Assembly: GCA_002269645.1 (NCBI GenBank)
Contig: NIVC01002391.1
Coordinates: 85,989 to 112,011, forward strand
DNA from: Macrostomum lignano
Lineage: Eukaryota
Direction: 5' to 3'
DNA length: 26,023 bases
In this document: positions 1 to 8,979 of the stretch, piece after piece
Layout: the number at the start of each line of letters is the position of its first letter
Numbering within the stretch: position 1 is the first letter of the stretch
Notes under the pieces: model-generated
Database searches by the model: none
What the model was told of the DNA's origin: nothing
The model's input: the letters and a program-made list of their open reading frames with translations, nothing else
Translations under genes and position numbers: made by a program

Positions 1-8
1 CTTCATAC

Positions 9-45
9 CAGGGACAACTTAAACTTAAAGTTAAAGTTGTCCCTG
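9..45. repeat. 37-bp near-perfect palindrome (hairpin)
   Basis: CAGGGACAACTT (9-20) and AAGTTGTCCCTG (34-45) are perfect 12-bp inverted arms around an AT-rich, partly symmetric centre. Probably part of a repeat element cut by the window edge. Confidence 0.7.
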
Positions 46-591
46 CTCCATACATGAAAACATGACAGCGGCAAAACATTTATCTATGTTGGATAGATTA
101 CTAGACTAGAGGATTGCTGTGAGGGATGCGTCTACAGTCTTTAAAACCCAATCGGCACTGCTTGATCCCTGCTTCCGTTAGGCTTTTTTCTCGGTTAAGC
201 CCTGAAAATATCTGCCTGAATAAATTCTCTCAATGGATTCGCTGGGCTGCTGACTGATTGCATTTTTCGGTAGGTTTTTTACCCGACGTATCCAGGGAAC
301 TCCAGAGACATTGAAAAGACACTCTACCATAAAAAACTCAAAATTCGTTTCCATATCTTTAGCGTTCCCCCGACGTAGCATTTGAGTAACTATTTACAGG
401 AGCAATAGGAGTGAGTTTCTGGATTTGTCCTCTTATTTCAATTCTGTTGGGAGCCCAAGGGAAAATAAGCAGCGTGTTAAAACAATTTTTTTAAAAAATA
501 TATTAGAGAATAACGCTTTGAAATTGCGTTAGGAACCGGCCATTCATGGACTCTGGTGTAAGAGTCAGGATGTCAAAAGAAAGCAAAACTA

Positions 592-1355
592 GATGTCAGC
601 GGTGAGAAATTGGATGTCAGCGGCGAGAAATTGGATGTCAGATGCGAGGTGTCAGAGGCGAGAAATTGATGTCAGAGGCGAGAAATTGATGTCAGAGGCG
701 AGAAATTGATGTCAGAGGCGAGAAATTGATGTCAGAGGCGAGAAATTGATGTCAGAGGCGAGAAATTGATGTCAGAGGCGAGAAATTGATGTCAGAGGCG
801 AGAAATTGATGTCAGAGGCGAGAAATTGATGTCAGAGGCGAGAAATTGATGTCAGAGGCGAGAAATTGATGTCAGAGGCGAGAAATTGATGTCAGAGGCG
901 AGAAATTGATGTCAGAGGCGAGAAATTGATGTCAGAGGCGAGAAATTGATGTCAGAGGCGAGAAATTGATGTCAGAGGCGAGAAATTGATGTCAGAGGCG
1001 AGAAATTGATGTCAGAGGCGAGAAATTAGATTTCAGAGGCAAGAAATTGATGTCAGAGGCAAGAAATTAGATGTCAGAGGCTAGAAATTAGATGTCAGAG
1101 GCTAGAAATTAGATGTCAGAGGCAAGAAATTAGATTCAGAGGCAAGAAATTGATGTCAGGCAAGAAATTAGATTTCAGAGGCAAGAAAGAAATGTCAGGC
1201 AAGAGGCAGAGGCAATTAGATGTCAGAGGCAGAGGCAAGAAATTAGATGTCAGAGGCTAGAAATTAGAAAGGCTAGAAATTCAGATGTCAGAGGCAAGAA
1301 ATTGATGTCAGAGGCGAGAAATTGATGTCAGGCAAGAAATTAGATGTCAGAGGCG
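592..1355. repeat. 20-bp minisatellite (GATGTCAGAGGCGAGAAATT)n
   Basis: Near-perfect copies from about 650 to 1027, with degenerate or scrambled copies on both sides. Confidence 0.97.
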
Positions 1356-2173
1356 ACTTAACTCACTTGACATAGCTGCAGGGTGGTCCGAGAACTCAGT
1401 CAGAGACAGTTAATGAGGTCCCGGTGGGCCTGCCTGCAGCGTGATCTAGAGAAGAGAGACTTATCTGGTTGCGTTTGTGTCTGGACGTTTGTTTTTTTCC
1501 TGTTTGATTTGTTTTACTGATATCAAAGTGTCAATTCCAGTTAGTGTGCCATCTATTGGTAGACGTTTCAGCAAATGTCTTCAATGTCTGCACAAGAAGG
1601 ATATACTGTGGAGAGTATAGAATGTGCAGATGTCATTCCCGCACTCGTGACCGTGAAGGAATACCATTGTTGGATGAGTCATCGTGCTGGAATGCACAAA
1701 ACCGTGCAGGAATGCATTTCTTTGCCTAATGCTTTTTCAGTGAGATTGTACCATAGACATCCATTCCTGCACGCAAGCGTACAAGAATACCATTCCTTCG
1801 CGGAGAATCAGCCGACAATTATTACGCGCACGAATTCTTAAATTGGTTGCTCCACAGACCCCCCCTTTTGGGCCATAGACGATTTAAAAGCCTGTCTTCA
1901 ATGGCTTGATTCTCCAACTAAGGACTAAGTGTACTATAGTAAACGCCGTTTAATGGAAGGTTAATATGTAAATAATAAACGCCGTTTAATTCACATTCTG
2001 TGGTTAGAATGTCCGAGGACCATTGGTTGCAGCCGAGGATATTCTAACCATAGACTATGATGAATTAAACGGTGTTTATCATATATGAAATTCGATTGCT
2101 TATTTTTGGGGGCATCCCATCTGATTGATAGACACATAGGCTTAGGCCATTTGATTCCGACCATAGACAAATA

Positions 2174-3486
2174 CGAGGGGTGATCAAAAAGTTCTGCAAC
2201 CTTTTGTTATAGCTTTTAGTTATAGAATCGGCAAAAGCCAAAAACTTACACATATGCGGCTATATCTGTTTGCTATATTTATATGCATTTTTGGCTTCCT
2301 AATGTGCTCCAGTCAAATTTCACAGCCATATATTTTCCATGTGTTTTCAGTAGCTGATGGAAACATCAAAGACAGTGTTCGCTTCTATATCTTTATGCGC
2401 ATGCAACTTGGTTGCAAAGTGACTGAGATTCATACCGATCCGGTGAATGTTTTAGCTGACTCTGCTCCATCATTTGACACGGTTGCCCGCTGGCTGCGCC
2501 ATTTCTTGGAAGGCTGGGACAGCTTCAACGATGAACCAAGGTCTGGCCGACCCCGGACATCCGTGAACGAAGATGTCGTGGCCCATGCCGATGCAATAAT
2601 TCGTGAGGATTGGAGCATTACGCTAAGATTCATTGCCTATGAGCTTGGTGTCAGCTATGGAAGTGCTCATAACATCATGCATGAGCGACTGGGCCGCACA
2701 AAGACCTGCGCTCGGTGGGTGCCCCATCTTCTCACTCCGGAGCAGCAAGCAGAGAGGGTGCACATCTGTCTCTTGTGGGTGCAAATGTTTAAGCCCCACG
2801 GCCCACGACGACTGTCGGATGTCATCACAGGAGACGAATGTTGGATCGCCTTATTTTACCATGAAGGATAAGCAGTCCAACATGGTCTGGCTGGCAGAAG
2901 ATGAGCCAAGGCCTGAGGTGCTAAAGACCGGATTCCGCAGTTGGAAGCGGATGTTTACCATTTTTTCAACTCTCAGTATCAGTAAAAATCCTTCCAATGG
3001 GTGCCACAGTAACTGCCAGGTACTACACAGACACTGCTCTGCCAGGCGTGCTGCAGGAGCGGCAGGAACGTGCGCGAACCAGGCATGGACCTCGACTCCT
3101 GCTGCACCATGACAATGCGGCACCGCACAGAGCAGCCTCAACCATGGCGTACCTGGAGCAGCAGGGGGTCCGGCTGCTGCCCCATCCACTCCACCCTACT
3201 CTCCAGACCTAGCATCATGCAACTTTTGGCTGTTCCCGAGGATAGAATCCGTCATTTCTGGGAGGCCGTTTTCACACATACAAGACCTTGCCCAGGCGGT
3301 ACATTCAGCTCTACAGGGTTTACCAACTTCGGAGTACCATGACTGCTTTCAGACATGGTGCATACGCATGCGACGGTGCATAGATAGTGGTGGAAAGTAC
3401 TTTGAGGAAATGTGACACTGATTAGACGCCGTGGTTGCTGTAACAGAGTTGTGAGGTCACTTGCAGAACTTTTTTATCACCCCTCG
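2174..3486 (+). mobile_element. Mariner (Tc1/mariner, DD34D class) transposon, full length, 1313 bp
   Basis: TIR CGAGGGGTGATCAAAAAGTTCTGCAA (2174-2199) matches TTGCAGAACTTTTTTATCACCCCTCG (3461-3486) at 25/26. TA duplication at 2172-2173 and 3487-3488. The CGAGGGG..AAAAGTT terminus resembles irritans-subfamily mariners (inference). Confidence 0.96.
2357..3415 (+). pseudogene. Mariner transposase pseudogene (several frameshifts, third catalytic D replaced by N)
   Basis: Motifs across frames: HTH region ending DEPRSGRP, WVPHLLT linker, ITGDE (D1), KQSNMVW..KRMFTIF, LLLHHDNA (D2), PYSPDLASCNFWLFP (N exactly 34 residues after D2), ending GKYFEEM* at 3413-3415. Frame breaks near 2365, 2850, 2970 and 3190 (5-bp CTCCA insertion). 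Confidence 0.93.
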
Positions 3487-3590
3487 TAAACTTCAATGTT
3501 CCGATGTTCACTTCAATGTTCCATATAAGGCTCCTGATTTCGAGGAGATTATATGATATAATATCCTAGTTTCTGTCAAATAATCTCACC

Positions 3591-3782
3591 TTAAACCACT
3601 TTAAAGCTCACTTTCAGGGAGGTTATTGACATAGATTTTATTTTGCAGGATTTAATCGATTACTTTCCTGGACATATTGCAAGGATTATTGTATGTATCT
3701 AAATATGCGAGCTTCTCTCTTCTCTTCCTTCGTGACTCGAGAAATTTCTTAATGAAAATTTGTCTATGGTAAGAATGTGGGG
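3591..3782 (+). repeat. Dispersed 192-bp repeat, copy 1
   Basis: TTAAACCACTTTAAAGCTC...GTCTATGGTAAGAATGTGGGG matches 6109-6300 with about 5 substitutions seen by eye. Confidence 0.93.
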
Positions 3783-3903
3783 CTTCGCCCCCACACCCCC
3801 AGCAGGGGCTTCGCCCCCACACCCCCATCCCCAACTTCAACCATAGACATACAAGTATGGCTCCGGATTTATCTGAACATCCCGCAAAATTAAAGTAGTT
3901 TAA

Positions 3904-3953
3904 ATAAGATATTCTATGGTTTTTTACCGACCTCAAACCCATAGAATATCTTA
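3904..3953. repeat. Hairpin with 15-bp perfect arms
   Basis: TAAGATATTCTATGG ... CCATAGAATATCTTA, a variant of the CCATAGAC motif. Its right half recurs at about 6329-6357. Confidence 0.8.
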
Positions 3954-4171
3954 TACATAAATTACCATGGACAACACATAGTACAATTTTTAACGATTAA
4001 ATAAGCAATCGTAGTTTATGACCAAGGTCACGAATACGTGTATATTTGCTAAATTGACTGAAGTGTCTATGCCATGTTTGTACATGTTTGTTTGAGGTCA
4101 GTCCGTAGTCTATGGTAAAAAGTATTTAACTTTTGAGGAGAATTAAATGTTTTAATGCTCCTGATATTATA

Positions 4172-4800
4172 CTTTTTTGCGATTGAATTCGTCCAAACTG
4201 CAAAACCTTTCGTCCACTAACGCTTTCTTAATGGGAGCTAAATTTAGATTATGCCATAGACAACTGTGTTCACGCAAAACGGTTCATCCAGTTTGTAAAA
4301 CATTTTGTCTAAACCCTTCGTCCAAACAGCTAACAGCTAAACGGAGCGACTTTATTTGATATCACGAAATATTGAACAAAGAAAAAACAGTGTCTCTTAT
4401 TAGAATCGTTTTGGCTGTCTTTCTCTTGATCCCAAGGATATTGGCCAGTTGTTTCCAATCGCGGCCTTCTTCAACAGCCAAGGCTAATCGCCTGCGGTCT
4501 TCGTTTGACACTGGATGGTAGGGGCCTCGGTTCATCTTCGACTGTTTTGCCGGGTTCAGAATGGAAGATATGCGTTGCTGTAGCTGTAGTGGTAGCAAAA
4601 GCGAACTGTCAATTGGGTGTTAACTATGGTAGGAACAGTACACTCGGTCTCTAGTCTAGGGGACGAAATGTTTTACAAACTGGATGAACCGTTCCGCGCG
4701 AACACAGTTGTCTATGGTATGATCTAAATTTAGCTTCCATTAAGAAAGCATTTGTGGACGAAAGGTTTTGCAGTTTGGACGAATTCAATCGCAAAAAAAG
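4172..4800 (-). mobile_element. Tc1/IS630-like non-autonomous deletion derivative with about 150-bp TIRs and TA TSD
   Basis: TA|CTTTTTTGCGATTGAATTCGTCCAAACTGCAAAACC... and ...GGTTTTGCAGTTTGGACGAATTCAATCGCAAAAAAAG|TA. Arms about 4172-4320 and 4660-4800. The interior encodes an HTH-like transposase N-terminus on the minus strand. Confidence 0.8.
4362..4535 (-). pseudogene. Truncated transposase N-terminal helix-turn-helix
   Basis: MNRGPYHPVSNEDRRRLALAVEEGRDWKQLANILGIKRKTAKTIL has the pattern of Tc1/IS630-type DNA-binding HTH domains. No catalytic domain follows. Confidence 0.6.
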
Positions 4801-6108
4801 TATATTAAATGATCTAATTCTCCTCAAAAGTAGCCACTTTTACCATAGACTACGGTTTCCCGGCTCATAATGATAAAATTAACTAATCATTAAATAAGCA
4901 ATATCTTATTTTATATTATACACTTACTTATGAGCCCCGTTGGTCTGAAAAGTGCTATTACTTCCCTAAGCTCGACCAGCTAACTAAAAAGTCACTGGCC
5001 GAAATCAAAGCAAACAATGGGTTAGTTGGAACTCAACCCCCGGATTAGCAGAGGATTCGTACCGAACAGAATGAGCAAACACTGTGTTCACCGCCGGGAC
5101 TTAAACGTGTGTAATCATAGAAAAAACCCGTTGCTACCCACCCACGAGGAATAAAAGTAAACATGGAAAGCAGCAGCACTAGAGAGTTCTGAACTTGCAT
5201 TGGTTTATGGACTTAGGAAAATCCACCCGATGGTTTTGAATTTATCCTTTAACGTGAGAATACATGTGCACTGTGAGTGCATCTTGGAAAACCTCATACG
5301 AGCGTAGTTCCAAAACATGAATAACAATGAATAACAATATTTTGTAAATATAAAATTCGATTTCTGAGTGGATCAATATTCATCTGATGTGACGAGCATG
5401 ACATTAAAATATATTCATCTATGATGCATCCTGTTCACAGAGAATACTGCTACACACAGGGTCAGGTCATGTATGTCTAACATCAGCTGTAATGTAGTGC
5501 TAGTTGGTTTGCAGTTGGGCTTTGGGCACTGCCAAAAATCAAGTTGTTATTTTAAAGGACACAGTCGACTGGATCACCAATGCATGAAGGATAGCAGAGA
5601 TGCGTTTGCATCTGTTTGCGTTAATTATTGTTTCCTGTTCTCTTCGATTTGTCGAAACTTGCAAGAAAGTCTAAAAAAATTCTTTTGAAAGTGGATGTGC
5701 GTGAGGGTGGGAACTTTTTTATGTTACCCAGTATGTACAATATTGCACGCGCAAGACGTGCTTCTCTCACACTGTCATATTGACTAGCTGCAACAGTGCA
5801 ACTCAACGACAGACAAGAATTTGGTGCACGCTGACGAATCGATAAGCATCCATGATTAGTCGATGGTAATTTGCCCAGTACAACGGTTAAAAAGAGTTGA
5901 GGGACTGTTGAAAGAGCTGAATTGTGTCTTCATTCAACACTATGCTTCATTTGTTTCAAGTCCCCGACAACTGTATTGTACCATGACCTTTGTGCCTGCT
6001 GGGCACTTTTTCTTGCCTCTTAATGCCATAGACTACATTTAAGCCCGCTTGCAGGACTTTAATGCTTTAAACTTACTTTAATGCAAATTAGCGGGCAGTT
6101 ATTGACAT

Positions 6109-6300
6109 TTAAACCACTTTAAAGCTCACTTTCAGGGAGGTTATTGACATAGATTTTATTTTGCCGGATTTGATCGATCACTTTCCTGGACATATTGCAA
6201 GGATTATTGTATGTATCTAAATAAGCGAGCTTCTCTCTTCTCTTCCTTCGTGACTCGAGAAATTTCTTAATGAAATTTTGTCTATGGTAAGAATGTGGGG
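6109..6300 (+). repeat. Dispersed 192-bp repeat, copy 2
   Basis: Direct copy of 3591-3782. It lies within a CCATAGAC (6026) ... GTCTATGG (6280) interval. Confidence 0.93.
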
Positions 6301-6418
6301 GTTCGGCTCTCGGGATTTAATCACATACCGACCTCAAACTCATAGAAAATCTTATATTTACCCCCGATTATTCTGCCCCACTTTGTCAAGTACACAAGTG
6401 TCTATGGCACAGTATATG

Positions 6419-6503
6419 TTATTCCCCACTTGTTTTATTTATTTTGGTCCTAAGCGTCTGAAGACGATTACGACCATAGATAAGTTAAACAAGTGGGGAA
6501 TGA
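6419..6503. mobile_element. Putative 85-bp mini-element with Crypton-like subterminal inverted repeats
   Basis: ATTCCCCACTTGTTT (6421-6435) and AAACAAGTGGGGAAT (6487-6501) are a perfect 15-bp IR. TTATTCCCCACTT resembles the TTATTACTCAGTT end of the 7668-8467 element. Confidence 0.45.
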
Positions 6504-6508
6504 TGTAT

Positions 6509-7100
6509 TTATCCCCCACTTGTCCCGGTCAAATAAGTCTATGGTCTAGTGTTGAATCATTTGTCCGGTCATAAATATTTATTTGTCCCGGACGAAGAAA
6601 CGATTTATTTGGATTTATTTGGAACTGACAAAACAACAAAAAGGCCACAAAAAGCAACTATGGTTGACACTAACGCTAATAGACTGATAGTCAATGACAG
6701 TAAAGCACTTTTTGTCTTCCTCACTCCATAGTGATCACGACGGTGTTATCATTTCTAGAAACTTCGATTCGCATTTTCTTCGCAGGAGCAGTAGAAACTG
6801 TCGTAGACCCTGTTGTCGGAGCGCCTCCAGCATCAGGAACAATGGTAACCGTCGTAGTCCCAGTTGTCGGAGCGCCTCCAGCATCACGAGCAGTGGCAAC
6901 CGTCGGAGTCCTTGAGGTCGAAGCATCTGCAGCACCTACAGCAGAGCGGCTGATCTGCAGCTCATTTGCTTCTTCACTGACACTCCAACATAGCGCTCAA
7001 GAGCAGAGCTCGAATGGCCTGTGACGCGGCAAATGTCAGGCTTACACAGCATCAAACCATCGCTATCGCATCAAACTCGGGACTGTTCCGTTTCGATCAG
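6509..7100 (-). mobile_element. 5'-truncated Crypton-like (tyrosine recombinase, DUF3504-type) element
   Basis: Carries the recombinase C-terminal fragment below. Its 3' region (palindrome 6564-6592, then GACCGGGACAAGTGGGGGATAA on the minus strand) parallels the 3' end of 7668-8467 (palindrome 8371-8397, then GACCGGGCCTAACTGGGTAATAA). Confidence 0.65.
6721..7080 (-). pseudogene. Tyrosine recombinase C-terminal fragment (Crypton/DUF3504-like)
   Basis: Minus strand reads PDICRVTGHSSSALERY (His codon 7014-7016, Tyr codon 6990-6992), matching the TGH-x-S-x-x-[VL]-x-x-Y catalytic box. After a frameshift it reads VSEEANELQIS...APAKKMRIEVSRNDNTVVITME* (stop 6721-6723). Confidence 0.72.
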
Positions 7101-7559
7101 AACCATAGACTGTTGAGCTATAGTTCTTTTTTTCCACAAGACCAAGCCAAGTTGTGGAAAAATACTATCTCTCCCGTTTATTCATTCGTCTATGGCCAGA
7201 ACGACTTCAAACTCGTTTCTAAGGCCTAAAAGCTTTACTTTCAGGTCTAAAAGTAAAGCTTAGTGCTGCTTAATAATTCTTAGTAACAGTTACTATTTTT
7301 TCAATTCGCAAAATAAGGAGTTTTGGCCATAGACATTTTTTGGATTTCATTATTTCTTTTTTTGTCTTGTGTGCTGGTGTGCACCCCCGCAAGGGGGCTC
7401 AACGCCCCCTTGACCCCCCTTTCTTCTGACTTTGCCATAGACATTTTCAGTGGGCCGTGAAACCGACTGAATGCATTGGAGTGAATGGGATTTTACCATA
7501 GACAGTCTCAGCGGCCCGTGAAATGCGGTTTCACGCCCGCTAACTATAACACTAGTATG

Positions 7560-7633
7560 GATGGGCCGTATCGGGCAGAAACGAGCTAACACTCCTCGGC
7601 GTTATAGCTCGTTTCTGCCCTCTGCAGCCCATC
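7560..7633. repeat. Long GC-rich hairpin
   Basis: GGGCAGAAACGAGCTA (7573-7588) and TAGCTCGTTTCTGCCC (7605-7620) are perfect 16-bp arms, extended by GATGGGC/GCCCATC. Confidence 0.85.
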
Positions 7634-7667
7634 AATATTGGTTTAATAAACGGGAGAGATTATATAC

Positions 7668-8467
7668 TTATTACTCAGTTCATGTCAAGTGAGAGGAAAG
7701 TTAAGATAAAATCCTGCAACGTACTACCAACGACTTATCAAAATACTAAAATCACAATGAGTATTCCTGACGACTTACTTGACTTGACTCTGCCGGACAT
7801 GGATTTTAATCTTGACGTGCTCATGGTGGCCGAAGGCGACAAACAACGTGATGGAGTGGTTTCGAGTCGGCATGCGTTGATGAACGAGTTGGAGTTGAAT
7901 TTGCAACTGAATAAAGCGACACCTGAAAATACTAAAAAGAAGGCTGATTGGATCGTTAGCTTATTCAAGCATTGGCATGAGCAGAAGAAGACTGCTTGGT
8001 CAACGGGTGGTGGTCCATCGTTAATGGTCCTGAAAGATCTCTCGGAGATGACGAAGCAAGATCTGAATTATCTTCTATCTTATAGTCTGCCAGAGCCAGT
8101 CTTCTGCTGTCATTACTACCTCTGGAGGTACTACTGCTCCCTCTTCTAATGCTGATGCCCACCAAGGACAACAGTCAACTGGCACCGTTAACTCCGAGAG
8201 TCCTAGTCCTAAGAAGATGCGAATCGAGATCTGTGGCGAATCGAATAAGGTCACGATTACTTTCGATTAACAATGCTTGTTTTTTGAGAACTTAATGACG
8301 AAACTGCAGTTCTTCGTTCGTTCTTCGTTTCTTACACGTCATTTCGTTCAAACAGAAATTCTAAAGTACTCGGGCCAATAAATAATTTATTGGCCCGGCC
8401 AAATAAATTTTTTTCGCATCAAATAAATGCTTTTCTTAGTCTATGACCGGGCCTAACTGGGTAATAA
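7668..8467 (+). mobile_element. Internally deleted Crypton-like element (800 bp)
   Basis: 13-bp subterminal IR TTATTACTCAGTT (7668-7680) / AACTGGGTAATAA (8455-8467), 1 mismatch. 27-bp palindrome CGGGCCAATAAAT-A-ATTTATTGGCCCG at 8371-8397. Contains recombinase N- and C-terminal coding remnants. Confidence 0.65.
7682..8270 (+). pseudogene. Crypton/DUF3504-type recombinase remnant: N-terminus fused out of frame to the C-terminal tail, catalytic core deleted
   Basis: SRHALMNELELNLQLNKATPENTKKKADWIVSLFKHWHEQ...DLSEMTKQDLNYLLSY fits the N-terminal NT-K-x-x-x-W-x-x-x-x-F-x-x-W / M-x-x-x-[DE]LN-x-x-L pattern of DUF3504 proteins. From 8085 another frame reads ...SPSPKKMRIEICGESNKVTITFD* (stop 8268-8270), homologous to the tail of 6721-7080. 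Confidence 0.7.
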
Positions 8468-8471
8468 ATAA

Positions 8472-8979
8472 TATTGGTTTTGTCAGCCTAACTGAGAATA
8501 AAGCCATCCAAAGTGAGAATCCTGCCTACGCTGACTGCGAAGGGCCTGGCTGCGTGCAGCCTTAGTCTATGGGCCATAGACAATAAATGACAAGCAAAGT
8601 GATAAAAAGCCATCCAATGTGAGAATCGATTGGTCTATGCGTCGTATTCTTTTATTTTTATACCTTCTGAGCCATATGACTAGCCAATAGCTTGAACGGA
8701 ATAACGGAAACAGGAACACACTGGATGATACAGTACAGTAAAGTAAAGAGTTAAAATCCTAGACCCATATGGCTCATAGACTAGGCTGGACGCAGCTAGG
8801 CCCTTCGTATTCAGCGTAGGCAGGATTCTCACATTGGATGTCTTTTTATCACTTTGCTTGTCCTTTATAGTCTATGGCCCATAGACTAAGGCTGCACGCA
8901 GCCAGGCCCTTCGCAGTCAGCGTAGGCAGGATTCTCACTTTGGATGGCTTTATTCTCAGTTAGGCTGACAAAACCAATA
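8472..8979. mobile_element. Foldback element with 156-bp inverted arms built from about 107-bp subrepeats
   Basis: 8472-8627 is the reverse complement of 8824-8979 with a few mismatches. Both ends read TA-TTGGTTTTGTCAGCC. Each arm carries GTCTATGG-N-CCATAGAC (8565-8581, 8870-8886). Confidence 0.85.

Larger units (their letters stand above)
2161..3769. mobile_element. Short non-autonomous element with 12-bp terminal inverted repeats CCATAGACAAAT, interrupted by the mariner
   Basis: CCATAGACAAAT at 2161-2172 and ATTTGTCTATGG at 3758-3769. Removing the mariner and one TA leaves about 295 bp. The 3' 192 bp recur at 6109-6300. Confidence 0.55.
4103..4855. mobile_element. Palindromic mini-element (CCGTAGTCTATGGTAAAA...TTTTACCATAGACTACGG) carrying a nested Tc1-like insertion
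   Basis: Outer arms 4103-4145 and 4813-4855 are imperfect inverted repeats (shared GTCTATGGTAAAA and ACTTTTGAGGAGAATTA). About 125 bp remains after removing 4172-4800. Confidence 0.65.

Noticed and set aside
178-381. 67-aa minus-strand ORF
   Set aside because: No recognisable domain, splice signals or codon bias like the real exons.
1544-1562. CTCF-like motif GTGCCATCTATTGG
   Set aside because: A single imperfect match inside repeat-like DNA, not distinguishable from chance.
5400-6010. Possible decayed transposase or retroelement coding sequence
   Set aside because: Translations in the frames I tried gave no recognisable motif.
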